NCBI GenBank assembly: GCA_951406725.2
Contig: OX597823.1
Location: 24,118,001 to 24,182,000, forward strand
Source of the DNA: Octopus vulgaris
Taxonomy: Eukaryota
DNA length: 64,000 nt
Direction of reading: 5' to 3'
Shown here: piece after piece, positions 41,670-55,270 of the stretch
Position numbering within the stretch: the stretch's first letter is position 1
Layout of the letters: each line of letters opens with the position of its first letter
The notes under the pieces: generated by a model
The model's input: the letters and a program-made list of their open reading frames with translations, nothing else
Told to the model about the DNA's origin: nothing
Databases searched by the model: none
Translations under genes and position numbers: made by a program

Positions 41670-42369
41670 ATTCTGTTGCACAGAAGTATTTTTGACTACT
41701 ATTTTTAGTGATGTAGGGCTGATAATTCGCTTGCCACTTGTGATGATATTTTAATAATACTATCACTCTTATATTTATTTATAAATAATTTCATGCATTT
41801 CGTTTATTTAAATAGTGTTTGGTCACTTCAAACGAACTTTTGCAGGCATGGTAGAGGAAAATTTTAGTAGTAGTTTGCTGGTAGACTTTGACTGAAGAGA
41901 AAAAGGCACCTATTTGGTGCACATTTCAAAACCGGTACCAAGTAAACAAGCATTACTTGAAATAATGTACAAAATTAAATGTAGATTACATGTAAATTGT
42001 GTATGAAGAGTAAAAATGTATTTGAAAAATGATGTATAAATATAAGAAATGTTAGGAATATAAAAATTTATAAAAGATATAAAGGATAAAAAATAAACTT
42101 AAAAAATAAAAACTAAAATAAAGGAAGAAAAAAACTATATTAGTAAGCAATCTAACTCCCTTAGTCTTTAAATGATAAGGGCGGTGGGATGTCAAATTAA
42201 TCTGGGATGGGTGGAATTGCCTTACCTTAATGTTTGTTGTCCTCTTTAACATTTATATATCCACTGCATCGGAAATCTGTAATGGCTCCATAACTACTGT
42301 CTCAGCTATAACCTTGGAACCCTAGTAATCCATTACAACACTTACCTAGCATACCTAATTATTTAGTTC

Positions 42370-42850
42370 TGCTATCTTGGGGACCAAATTAGTGGTGGGG
42401 GAAGTTGTACAGAGAGTGTAATAACTAGAATAGAAATATAATGTATAAAATTCAGAGAGCTCTTACCTTTGTCAGCAACCAAATTTTTCTGTTTCCAAGT
42501 GAAAGGAAGATTGTATGAGGTATGCACACAAACAGCAATTCTACTGGGTAGTGAGATGTGGGCCTGGAATGCAGAGGATGTGAAATGAGAGAAATGAGGC
42601 TAGTATGCCCCATTGGGTGTGCAATGTAGGTGTATGTGTGTGACAGAGTGCTAGTATACTGAGAGAGAAGTTAGGCATAAGAGGAATTAGATGCAGTGAG
42701 CATGAGAGAAGATTGCATTGGTTTGGTCATGTGATGCGGATGGGTACCAACTGCTCTATAGAAGTGCCATTCACACTAAGTGGATCAAACTCATGGAAGG
42801 AGGAGATCCAAGAAGACATTGGGATGAAGTCCTGAAGGATGACCTCAGAA
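42370..42850 (+). mobile_element. Old RTE LINE fragment
   Basis: YLGDQISGGG..ESVITRI, VKGRLYE, LHWFGHVMRM; similar to 2370-2840. Confidence 0.75.
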
Positions 42851-42859
42851 CTTTCTGAA

Positions 42860-45290
42860 CTTTTCGAACTTTTGAACTTCTTGTAAACTTTGTACGTTAA
42901 TAACTTTGCCATTTTCTCCTTTTTATTCTTTTTTAATCTCTTATTCCTCATTCCAGCATGCCTAATCACAAATGTCTCCTCTTCCACCTACACCACCATC
43001 TCAAACATTACCTTACCTTCTTTCCTATCTGCCTGCAAGCTTCTCTCAACCTTTACCTACTCATTAAAAAAAAAAAATCATTTCTCCAGTGACATTTCCT
43101 GCCTCAGTTGCTGCTACTATCTCAAACTCATCCCAAAAGTTTTCACTGCCATTTCCACCCTACTTCCCATTCTGCCTCCACTATATTACCCACCCCACTC
43201 CACTTTCTTTCACCTCACTCATGCCACCATCTATTCTAATCTCTCCAAAATATGCATCCTTGACTACCTTCTCTCTCTTGCTTACTCTATCTTCTCCTGT
43301 TGCACAACCTTCATCACTTACTCCATCCTACATTTCATTCTCCATCTCAACCGCATTCCCAATTTTCTTTCTTACACTAAACACTACAAACTTCAATCAC
43401 TCCTTCATCCTGACCCACCTGATGCCATCACACCCACCCCTTCCGTGCCCTTCCTTACCCCTCTCCCTCCCTCAACCCATCCATTACCCCACCCTCCCAC
43501 ATACATCTTTCTCCTCTCTCTCCTTCCATCCTACCACTACTTCCACCACCCCTTCCCCACCTGACTCACCTTCCTCTACTTCACTCTGCTGTTACCATTT
43601 CTCCTGATCTCCCTATCTCTGAAGCAGAGCATTCTCTCTTTAACAGAGGTCTCTGTTTTATACTATTCACTCTGTCCAGTAACAAGTTTCCATATTGATA
43701 TCCAACACTTTGTGTGCTGTGTCAGGCTGCATGCTCTATTCCACAATACTCCACCTGCATCTAATGAAGACTGCTTCACTAATCTGTCCCACTAACCATC
43801 CACTGGATGCCATCTCCTAGCCAGTTCCAGGCAGTTGATAAATTTGCAAGTGTCTGTTGTGCTGTGGACTGGTTTAACTTTCACAGGCCTCCCCAACATC
43901 ACCTAGGCCTTTTGATGTTTCTGACGCCACCAAGATATCATCATCAAACTAGCTGACAAAGGTGGAATTTTGGTGGTGTGGTATGCAGACCTCTATATGC
44001 CTGAAGCACTCAACCATACTTCAAGTCACCTCCTTCTATCGCCCTTTGCCCTCCAACCCCATGCTACACTATCAACAGATCATGTTTACCACAATTCATA
44101 ACCTCATTTCCTCCTCCTGTCTATCTCTCACCATCTCCAACCTCATTGTCTATACTCCACATACCCTCACCATTTACTTCCTTCTTAAGATCTATAAGAC
44201 CAACAACCCTGGTTGCCCAATTGTTTCAACCCACAGTCACCCCACTAAACTCATCTCCAAGCACCTTGACCTTGTCCTTGCCCCCTTGTGGCTTTTTTCC
44301 CATCACACATTCATGACACCAACCATGCTCTTCATTTATTAAATTCTTTCTGCTTCCGTCCTTGTCCCTCCTGACTCCTGTTTACCTTCAGCATTAAGTC
44401 ATTATACACTGTCATCACACACAATGAAAGCTTCCTTGTTCTAAAATACTTTGTCTTCATCCAGATCTTGAACCCACATGTCCTCTCTCCTCTGTTAAGC
44501 TGAACTCATCTCTCTCAATAACTTCTTGTTTACAGGGGATTTTTTTACCACCAGTTCTCAAGAGTGGCCATGGGAACAAGAATGGGTCTCAAATATGCAA
44601 ACCTGTTCCTCAGCTATATGGAGGCCCAAATACTCTCACGATTAACAGGTCTTACTCCTGAGCAATATGGTCATTATATTGAAGACTGTATTGATGTGAC
44701 CTCACTCTCCCATGAACATCTTGACACCTTCCTCTCCTTTGTCAAGACCGTCTAGCCTGCTCTCAAATTCTTTTGTACTGTCTCCAATTCCTCCATCGAC
44801 TTTTTCAACATTTCTGTTCATATTCACCACTCCTCTCTTGCCACCTCTATCCACAACAAACACACAGACTCACACTCCAATCTCAACTTCTCCTCCTCCC
44901 ACCCTAACCACACCAAACTGTCTATCTCCTACTCTCAGTTCATCCATCTCCACCAGCTCTGCAGTGATGACAGTCTAAACTTATGGCTCGCCATTTCACC
45001 CTACATGAATACCTCCTTACCATTATCCAAACTGCCATTGCTCTCTCTCTCAACTTCCACCCCATTCTTACATGCCTTCCTTTCCCCTTCATCTACCATC
45101 CTTCATTCTCTCACAACTCCCTCCCCCCCTTCTCTCCTTCAAACGTGCCCATAACCTATATGACTTTCTGGTCTGTAGTTTCTAGTCCACTGCAACATTT
45201 GTTGGCTTTTTAATTGTCCTTGTACAGAGGCCACCCACACTCCCACCTCTGCTGAGGAATTGATTTTCTTTCTTCATTTCTTTGCTCCTT
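42860..45290 (+). mobile_element. Decayed Penelope-like retroelement (RT region)
   Basis: IIIKLADKGGILVV, KIYKTNNPGCPIVS, VAMGTRMGLKYANLFLSYME, YGHYIED; pyrimidine-rich; 3' part similar to 18480-18560. Confidence 0.75.
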
Positions 45291-45335
45291 ATATATATGT
45301 GTGTGTGTGTGCCTGTGAATATGTATATGTATATA

Positions 45336-45652
45336 TCATCATCATCATCATCATCATCGTTTAACGTCCGCTTTCCATGCTAGCATGGGTTGGACGGTTC
45401 AACTGGGGTCTGAGGAGCCTGAAGGCTGCACCAGGCCAGTCAGATCTGGCAGTGTTTCTACAGCTGGATGCCCTTCCTAATGCCAACCACTCCGAGAGTG
45501 TAGTGGGTGATTTTATGTGCCACCAACACAAGTGCCAGACGAGGCTGGCGAACGGCCACGCTTGGATGGTGTTTTTTATGTGCCACCAACACAGGTGCCA
45601 GACGAGGCTGGCGGACGGCCACGCTCGGATGGTGTTTTTTATGTGCCACCAA
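45336..45652 (-). mobile_element. RTE-tail copy
   Basis: Reverse complement of the 3480-3640 tail plus ~64-bp units; (ATC)n. Confidence 0.85.
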
Positions 45653-45855
45653 CATACACATACAAATACATTTATTTATGCATCCATACAGACATACATA
45701 TGTATATGCATCAATGTATGTATGTATTTATATCTGTGCAAATTTTTTCAATTTGAGTCACCCAATATATTGTATTGTAACATAGTCATTTTCTCCATGT
45801 TCTCATCTTTTTCCTAACATGCACTCTTGACACCAGTTTCTATTATTACTTCCAG

Positions 45856-46026
45856 TTCATGAAAAAATTAACTGTGGAGTTCCAAAAGATATTCCTGGTA
45901 TATTGAAGTTCTACAAAACCACCTACTATAAATCTGAAGTAATCTATACCTGTTCAAAAGGAGAACAATTAAAGTCAACATGTGAAATGAACAAAGAATG
46001 GACTCCTATAGTATCAAACTGTAAAG
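45856..46026 (+). CDS. Exon C3, short Sushi/CCP-like (absent from ORF track)
   Basis: ttccag|TT...AAAG|gtaatg; 171 nt; HEKINCGVPKDIPGILKFYKTTYYKSEVIYTCSKGEQLKSTCEMNKEWTPIVSNCK. Confidence 0.88.
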
Positions 46027-47770
46027 GTAATGTAAATAGCTTCTTTCTTGTCTCTAGGTAATCTTTTTTCTTTTCGTGTTAAACACTTTTGTCAAAAGAA
46101 GTCTGACTGACTCCATGACACTTTAGATGATATTTGGTGTTTGTGGCTGGTGGAGGGTGAGAGCTAGTTATATTCTGACCAGAGACTTTTCCAAATGCTT
46201 GCAACAGAGGGAGCATCCTTGATTCTACACAAGAAGCAGGTAATGATATGAATTTGGGTGATAGATTATGTCTGCCGACCAAGAGCTGGAAGAGTAGAAA
46301 CTTCTTGTCTTCACCAGGCTTCCACATAGTTTCCATCTACCAAATTTTATCCACAAGGCTTAGTTGTGAAGCAAATTTTTAACTACACAGACAAAATTCA
46401 ACCCACTTCCATATTATTGTTATGTAAAATTATATCCACAGGTATACCTCAGTTCATCCTGGCTATTTTTCTCTTATGCACTGAGTCCTAGATTTCAGTA
46501 ATCATCTAAAACAGACATCTGATGCTCTTTTTCTCTTCCAATTTGCCATCCTTAATGTTTCCTGATTTATGCATGATGTCCACAATTTTTTGTGGGAGGC
46601 GTTTAGTCAGTATCATCAACCTACAATTTAACTGATACTTTATGTTTTCTGTCCCTGCATAAAGGAAAGCAACTGTAAGCATTTCATCCATATACATTGA
46701 AATTAAAGATAAAGGTAATCATACAATCCTCTTGAATGTGAAAGGATCTTTCTCTAAGACTAATTGAAGAACCCCTTACTACTGAAGATCATCCTGATCT
46801 CAAAGGATAACTATCCTCTCTGATTATTGCTCTCTGACCTACAGATTTATGCACTGTGGTCTTCATCATCTCTCACTATTTTTACCATTTTCACTTCATT
46901 TTCAATAATTTTTCTTGAGGACAGCACCTTCCTCTCTATCATCAACCTCTTTATAACTGAAATTTGAAATACGTGGATGAGGTATTTACCAAAATGGAAA
47001 GGCAGTGCCATCTGATTTTTCATCCTCATCCACCATATAACATCTTTTGCTGTAGATATTAGAGAGAGAAAAACTGCCTTCTTTCCTTGGTTAAAGGTAG
47101 ATGTGGGGCAATCACCATGATGGACTTGGCTAATAGTCAAATCCATCATGCCATACAACAGCAGTTGTCTGACTTAAATCCATAAATCAGCAATGTGTGA
47201 ACTATGAATGAATGAATGCATGCAAAATGATTTTGTTTTGTGAAGGTACCTCATAGAGGCTTAGCTGATGATACTTTCATGACTATGGATTCTATCTTGC
47301 ACCAGTGGATTCCTTTGATTGCTCTTCCTAGCCAAGCACTTTAGAAAGTTGTCAATAGTATTGTGAACAAAAATCTTCCAAAACAATCTTGTCAGTTCAT
47401 TTTCCATTAATGCCCACAACAGTTTTAGAGATGTCAGTGAACTGTCCCTCCACTTACCCTCAAGAGATTGTTAGAGTGAAACATCCAATATCCCCTTGCT
47501 CAAGTCAGGTTTAATCCAACTTCTATATCCTCTGAAATTCTTAGTATTGCATTAGATAATGTATCCTACACTTTTAAAGAAGTTTGGGTGTGATTGAGGG
47601 AGATGGTGTTAATATTTGTAACATATTGGATGTCCATATCTACAGTGGCTGGGTGACAGTAAATTTTTTGCTTAATATTAAAAGATCAAACACAGCTTAT
47701 GTTCCAGTTTGGTTTCTTGTCTAGTTGAACACCACCACCTGGCCATGGACAACGCTTGGCCTAATGTTAA

Positions 47771-48267
47771 CCCTGTCAGGCCCAGACCCCTGTGTCTAAC
47801 TTTATCAGCTACCTGGGCTCCTGAGCAAAATAATAAATAGTTGCATATACAGCTCAAGAGTAATGATTGCAGTCAAATTAAAGGGCAGAATCACAAAAAT
47901 GCTTAGGAAAGTAACAATAATAGACCTATCTCTCAACTACTGCATTTGTTCAATCCAGGCAAACTAGTGACAGAATAAAAATCTCAGGAGAACAACTGTA
48001 TTTGTCCAACCAAATCACTACTTTCCTCATCACTTTCACCAGTTCGATTGTCTGAATCACTCTCATTGTCCACATAAGGGTCATCTGAAAAATAAATGTC
48101 ATCAATAATTTCCTCATCTGTAAAGAGTTTAGGCCTTGCTTGCTTACTAAGGTGCTGGGTTCATTACATGTTCTTTCATCTCAAAAACTTTTTTTTTTTA
48201 TTAAAAACAAAAGTATGAGACTTCTTTTAGGCTAGTCCTACTACATGAGGGACACAACATGATAAGG
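47771..48267. mobile_element. TTAA-flanked (piggyBac-type) non-autonomous insertion
   Basis: TTAA|CCCTGTCA...TGATAAGG|TTAA; the empty site CCAATGTTAATATATC is present in the paralogous intron at ~33511. Confidence 0.65.
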
Positions 48268-48576
48268 TTAATATACATACATTACAGAAACAAGCACTCA
48301 CATTAACCCACAGTTATTGAGGCTGGGCATGGACCACATTAAGGAGGGAGAGTGGCATGAGCATTTCTTAACATTGCTGTTTTGCTATGACTGCTTCTTA
48401 AAAGATGTATGTACCACTTCATTGTAAACAGTTATGAATTCATTGTTTGGGACCATGACCAAACATGATTAGAAAAAGCATCAAAAGCAACAAAATTGTA
48501 CGACATTCATGTCTTTCTCAAGGGCATTAACTATCTTTGTAAAAGTGAATTTATTTAGACTGAGAATCAAACCCAT

Positions 48577-48752
48577 TACACTCCTGGAGTGGTTGGTGTT
48601 AGGAAGGGCATCCAGCTGTAGAGACCATGCCAAATCAGACCAGAACCTGGTGTGGCTCTCCAGTTCATTAGCTCCAGTTTAACCCATGCCATCATGGAGA
48701 TTGAATGTTAAATGATGATGATGATGATCATCATCATCATCATCATCATCAT
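48577..48752 (+). mobile_element. RTE-tail copy
   Basis: GGAGTGGTTGGTGTTAGGAAGGGCATCCAGCTGTAG...(GAT)n followed by (ATC)n. Confidence 0.8.
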
Positions 48753-49289
48753 TGACTCACACCATTCAATCCATATTTATACTAAAAGAACAACTAGGGA
48801 AAAATAAACATGGTCCATTCTACTTTTTGAACCAAGATATTATGACTGACTAAAATTTCACCCTCAGTGGATAGTAAAACTATTATGTTTATGGCTTATT
48901 CTGGTCATGAAATTCAAAAGAGGCAACCTTGTAAAGATAATCACTTTTTTCTTCATTTCATTAATAGTACAATTTTGATGAATTAAATTTTTTTTTAGCT
49001 AGCTACATTAATTTCTGAATTTATTTTATATTTATTCACTAGAGGATGATGGAAAGAAAATTATTTTAGTTTTCCAGGGTAACACATTGTAAAATCACTA
49101 AAGTGATGGTTGTTGCAATGACTAGCATTATTAGTTACATTCTGGTTTCAAATCCCAGCAGAGTACACTTTTTCTTTCATATTTCTGATGTTGATTAAAT
49201 GAGCACTATCATGAACTGAAGCTGATTTATTTTCATACTGCAGAATCTGTGGCCTTGTGTTTACAATAAAAACTACTGTTGTAAATATT

Positions 49290-49962
49290 GCCAAGATGGC
49301 TGAGGGTGTCTTGGCATCACTTACCAAGTCCTTTGTGAGCCACTCTCCTGCTATCTGTCTGAGGCTTTATATAGCTATGGTTTGGCCTCACCTGTAATTT
49401 GCATCAGTGGTCTGGAACCCCTATCTTGCCCAGGATATTAATCGTTTGGAAACTGATCAACAACGTGCAACCAAGAGAATACCCTCCATCAGGCACTTGC
49501 CATATTCTGAACGCCTTACTTTCCTTGGCATGGATACATTGAAACTCCGATATCTGGTATTAAATTATTAACCATCTTACCAACAATAACGCTGAACACC
49601 TTTTCAAACTCCACCTGTCTAACATCCGTGGACATGTTTACAAAGTCAGAAAACAGCACAGCTCCCATGACTTTCGGAAACAATTTTTCATGCTAAGAGT
49701 TGCTAAAGTATGGAACAAATTGCTGGCATCAGTCGTTAGTTGTCAGAGCACTGCATCCTTCAAAACTTCCATGCTTCCTGAGATTCACCAACACTACACC
49801 TGATTTTCTCCCCTCCATACACACACAAGCATGTATCTGATTCATAAACTGTTCACTTTCCAGACATTTGTACATTACTGCATATGCTTTATGTGTACTT
49901 TTGACAAGTTGTGGTGCACCTGAGCACTGTATACAATAATTTCATTATTATTATTATTATAT
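49290..49962 (+). mobile_element. CR1-clade LINE 3' fragment
   Basis: LYIAMVWPHL.FASVVWNPY, QRATK, LPYSERL, IRGHVYKV, FFMLRVAKVWNKL; (ATT)n tail. Confidence 0.8.
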
Positions 49963-50166
49963 TGGTAACACCAACAATGATTATAATTATTAGTGTTGTT
50001 AAGGGCAAAGGATTGATAGAATCATTAGAGCATCAGACAACATATGTTGTAGTGTTTGTTATGGCTTTTTAACTTCTTAGCTCAAATCCTGCTGATATTT
50101 AATTGACCAATTCTGATCTCAAAGATTTAGCCTGCTATTTCTATTGTTATTTTACTTTAATTCCAG

Positions 50167-50403
50167 TTGCTCAGATCCATTTTGTGAAAGTAAATGGTGC
50201 AGCTCTGGGTGTACCAGGGAAAATATTGTGGAAGAAGAAAAATGTAACAGCAGAAGCCTGTGCAGAAAAATGTTTGTCTGAAGAAACTTGTTCATCATTT
50301 GAAATAACTAAAGGTGGGAAATGTTACTTATCAAAGGGAAGTGCAGCTGCCTCTACGAAAATAAAATCAGCCAAAGACAGAGATTACTACCAACAAGTAA
50401 AAC
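50167..50403 (+). CDS. Exon A4, PAN/apple-like type A
   Basis: ttccag|TT...AAAC|gtaatt; 237 nt; AQIHFVKVNGAALGVPGKILWKKKNVTAEACAEKCLSEETCSSFEITKGGKCYLSKGSAAASTKIKSAKDRDYYQQVK. Confidence 0.89.
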
Positions 50404-50964
50404 GTAATTGTTTTGTGTTTTATTGTTCAAATTTTCTTTTCCTTTTTTTTTATGAAATTTCTGATTCCATTTGTACTTCATACATTTCTGTAATGACATA
50501 GACAGATTTACCTTAAGAGACAAACACATGCTCCTGAAGAAAAAAAGTATTAAGAATTGTAAATATTGTTAGGGCATCCTCATACCGAATTTATTCACCT
50601 TGAATAAATTTATGCATGCTTTCAATCATATTTTCTGTGTAAGAAAGGAAACATTATTTTCTGAAACCTGAATAGTAGTAGTAGTAGTAGTAGTAGCAGT
50701 AGCAGCAGCAGCAGCAGCAGCAGCTGTTGTTGTTGTTGTTGTTGTTGTAGCCGTAGTAGCAGTGGTAATGATAAATGTGACAATAGTGCCAACAGGCCAT
50801 GGCAGTAGTGGTGTCAGTTGCCATTGGAGGAGAAGGAGGGAGAAAGTAGCAGCAGCAGCAACAACTTTCTTTTCATTTGTCTATGTTGATATGGCTTAGA
50901 CAGTGCTGTTATAGCACATTGTCTCACATAATTTAATCTACAAATAAAAAGAAATGTAATGCCA

Positions 50965-52160
50965 AACTACACTAACTGATGGTGACATTGCCCACTCAAT
51001 CCATTAATCCTTCAGTCTCTGGTACCTGGATAACATAACTCTGGGTGGCTCAGTTGAGTCTGTTGTTGAAGATCTTCAGTAAGTCATGCCAGTTCTAAAG
51101 CTCTTAGTAGTTGAAACCAAGCCATTCAAGTTTGAGGTTGTTAATGTGAGTTACAGAAAAGCTGAATTCCAAGGCACTGTACTAAGCATTCAATCTACCT
51201 TGACTGGGGCTTATCTAGTGCTGAAAGATGCTGTCTATATTCCCTTTTGAGATTGCCTGGAGACCAAGCATACAAAGCTGACAAGAATGACAGAGAGATT
51301 GCAGACATTAAGGCACACACAGCACTCTTCTTCCTGAGGAACTGCTTTATCCTCCCCAAACTCCTTTTCAGGCTGCATAGTGACATAGTTGTCACTCTTT
51401 TGAAAATGACCTTGTTGAATTTGTTGCTACCAGTCAATGTTGAACTGAACTCATATGCAATTTTAGTAGTGCCAACTGGCAACAGATGAAGCTCCTTTGG
51501 AAATTTAGTGACCTCAGCGTCTCATCTGCTTCAGACCTGGCATTGACAGTCTATCTCTTCTCAATTTCCTCCAACTGCACCCTCATTAGCGAGGTTCTCC
51601 CCAAGACATTAGAACCTAATGTATCCTGGGAACTAGAATCAGCGCTGGCCATCTAAACTGATTAAGGCTGTGCCATCCCCCAGTATACAGATGTCCAACA
51701 TAACTGGGATAACATGAAGTGCAGGTCTTATTTCAGGCAGACTGAGTCTTCCTCGTACCAACACCACCTTGCATGCTACTGCTTTGTCTCACAACCAGAA
51801 AGTACTGCATGGATCATTTTAGTGCCCTTCTCATCAACCAGCACCCTTCATAATTATGAGTGCACTTGCAGTGGTGTAACCCAGTGCCTTGGCCTCTGTA
51901 TGTGCAAGCCATACAAATGCTGTTGCAGGATTGTTGTTGACAAGTTTGGCCTGACCCCAATATTGTGTCAGTTTAGGGCAGGCAAATTCTCTCGACACAC
52001 AGCTCTGAACAACATCATCAAGGGGAACCTCAACACAGCCTGCTTCCTCTCACAACTGAAGCCAGCTGGCCTTGACTGATGCAATGGTAAGTACACTAAT
52101 GGAATTACCTTCTTCCCATTCAAGGGAGATAAATCCCTAATCTGGGATGTGACATGTTGC
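50965..52160 (+). mobile_element. CRE-like (REL endonuclease) non-LTR retrotransposon fragment
   Basis: ALFFLRNCFILPKLLF; Cys cluster then SRHTALNNII...KPAGLD..GK...GITFFPFKGDKSLIWDVT. Confidence 0.65.
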
Positions 52161-54240
52161 CCTCCAGAAGTTCAAGCACATTTACAGCTCAGGTTTATAC
52201 GAAGACAGTAACCCACCAGTTTCAAGTAATATGAACAGCCTTGCCATCAATAGATTTAGGAAGAAATTAACATAAACCTTCAACAAGTTAGATTTTTATA
52301 GAATGATTAATACCAATCTAACTACATTCTGCAAAGTAGTTATTATTTTAGAATTGATGTCTGGTATCAGGTAAGCCTAACAAAGAGAACAGACACTTTC
52401 ATTGGAATTTCAACTACTATTTCCAAGCTGTAACAAGAAACTTAGGAGGGAGCACTGCAAAGTTAATCGCCAATTTATCCACAGATAGAGATTTGTGACA
52501 GTGTTTTTACTGTACAACAACAAAGTACTAGCTAGTATTAGTTTTAGTGTGAAATTAGTATAAACAGAACATTTTCTTCTTCCATACTTGAAAGTAATTA
52601 GAAAGAGGATAACTTGATTCATTCCACTGTAAAAATGTCCATGTCTACATGGACATTTTTATCCTCCATTAGACACCACTTTTTCCTCCGTTAAACACAC
52701 ACAAATATCACAAGCTTATGAAAGTACATAGTATTAGGGTTTGTTACTCCTGTGTAGTAAACATAATTTCTAGCATTGTGTATTATAATGGGAAATCCAC
52801 CCTTTTTTTGCAGACACCCACTTGTGACTGTCAAAATTAATCACCCTTCTCTAAGAGAAATGTACCTTTCTACAACAGTGGTTTATAGAGCCACCATGAC
52901 TCCACCTGATGATTTACCATGGGATTCACAGCCAATAACTTCAATGGAAGTTCCACTCAGCAGATATACTCCTTCAATTTCATGTAGAGGAATATATCCA
53001 CTTCCCTGTCCTGTCTCATCTGGAGACTTTAAAATCAGGAAAATGATCTTCATCGCATAAGTTCAAACAACTCACCAAACCCACTTCCTAGTCAGAAGAC
53101 AATTTTTCTGTATCTAACTAGGCCACAGAAAGCACTTTCCACTGATCACCAGCTCCATTTCGTATGAAAACTCACTGAGTGGAAGATTGATAAAATTATG
53201 GTTGATGATGCACAGATATGTGCTGAGGCTGAGATATGCCCAACAGTTCTTTGATGGTGAACACATATGGTTAGTGTTTGTCCAAGGATGAACTGGGGAA
53301 AAAGCAGCTTGTCTCTTCAGGGAACTGCAGTCCTTGATCAATTGACGATTGAGACTGGGTGCTTGTCATACGAAATGTCATCACAACACTGTACCATCAG
53401 GTTATGTGATTGATGGAACTTCCATTTTGGTGTTCTATTGAAGATTAATGGATGGTAAAAGCAACGACATTCTCAGGAAAAATTTGTGAATTGGTTGGTC
53501 TGTTCCCGGACAGAGCTCATGGATAAATTCCAGAAATCGTTGGCCTGCCAATTCTACTAATGAGTATTGCCACTTTGTGATAAGTTCTAAAACAAATTGA
53601 ACTGCTGTTCAGCCACACATGTTAAAGACATAGGCAAAGTGACAAAACTGTTCTGCATGCACTTGTCCAGTCCTTGAGCCTTGCTGACATGAAGCTATGT
53701 TGTCACATTTAAGATGGATCTGGCTGTCGCTTGAATCCCTCATGATCATTCTTTTGCCTACATTTGACTTGGAGGAACAAACAATCTTTATCTTTGGTGG
53801 CGTTGGTGAAAGTTGTATGGAGGTAAACAACATAGAATGGGCTGTAGATATGACATACTCATCATTAGCTAAGATCTCAAAAACATTTTTAAGGTTTCAC
53901 TTGAAAAGAAAAGAAGTGATGCCTATCAAAAAAGTCTTTGTTAGGTGGATGAACAGGACAGTTCTGAGTATACAGCTGTAAACTGGAGACAGACTACTGA
54001 AAAAGGGAACTTGTCTTAGTGGTTTGGGTGACTTTAGCTTTGTGGATTTCCACAAATAACCATTGGATGTTTCCCATAATTTGGGGAAAATTTACTTTGA
54101 AATTTTTGATTGTTTGGTATTTTACATTTTACATGCTCTTTTACATAATCCCACATTGCATCATCCTCTACCATCCCAGTGTCATTTACTACTCTTAGTG
54201 ATTAATAAAGAAAACATCATCATCATCATTATTATTATTC

Positions 54241-55270
54241 AAGTGGTGAGCTGGAAGAATTGTTAGCATGCTGGATAAAATGCTTAGCACCATTTCATTT
54301 GTCTATGTGTTCTGAGTTCAAATACTACCGGTATTGAATTTGCTTTTCATAATTTCAGGATCAATAAAATAAATACCAGTTGAATGCTGGGTTGATGTAA
54401 TTGACTTACCCCTTCTTCTGAAATTGCTTGCCTTGAGCAAAATTTGAAACTACACTTTTAAGGTAGTGACTGGCAGAATTATTAGCATGCCAGACAAGAT
54501 GCTCAACAGAATTTCATCCATCTTTATATTTTGAGTTCAAATTCCACCAAGGTCAACTCTACCATTCATTCTTTTGGAATCTATGTAATTCACTATCCTG
54601 TTGCCTCAAAATTTCAGGCCTTGTGCCAACAATAAAAAGGATTATTATTATTATTATTTGAGGCAGGGAGCTGGCAGAATTGTTAGCACACCAGACAAAA
54701 TGTATGATGACATTTTTTCTAGCTTTATGTTTTGAATTTAAATTCTACCAAAGGTTATCTTGACCATTCAAGATGACACACTCCCCTAAAATTTGTGCCA
54801 GTATTATCACCGTTATCATTATTGAGGCAGTGAGCTGGCAGAATTGTTAGCACATTGAGCAAAATACTTTGTGGTATTTCATCTGTCTTTACGTTGTGAG
54901 TTCAAATTCTGCCAAGGTCAACTTTACCTTTCATCCTTTTGGGGTTGATAAAATAAGTACCAGTTGAACACTAGGGTCGATGTAATCAATTCATCCCCTC
55001 CCCCAAAATTGCTGCCCTTGTGGAAAACTTTGAAACCATTATTATTATTATTATTGTTGTTTGATAAAGTCAGTGAGCAAGGAGAATCATTAGCACTCCA
55101 GGCAAAATGCTTTGCGGCATTTCATCCACCATGTTCTGAGGTTGACTTTGCCGTTCATCCTTACAGGGTCAATAAATTAAGTACCAGTGAAATACTGGGG
55201 TCGATATGACTGACTAGACTGCTCCCCCAAAATTTCAGGCCCTGTGCCTTTAGTAGAAAGGATTATTATT
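54241..55270 (+). mobile_element. Cluster of five head-to-tail SINE copies separated by (ATT)n
   Basis: Starts at ~54241, 54460, 54661, 54825 and 55067 (GAGCTGGCAGAATTGTTAGCA...GAGTTCAAAT...TTTCATCCTTT..GGGTxGATAAA.TAAGTACCAGT); other copies at ~12305, 21244, 39700, 40310. Confidence 0.8.
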
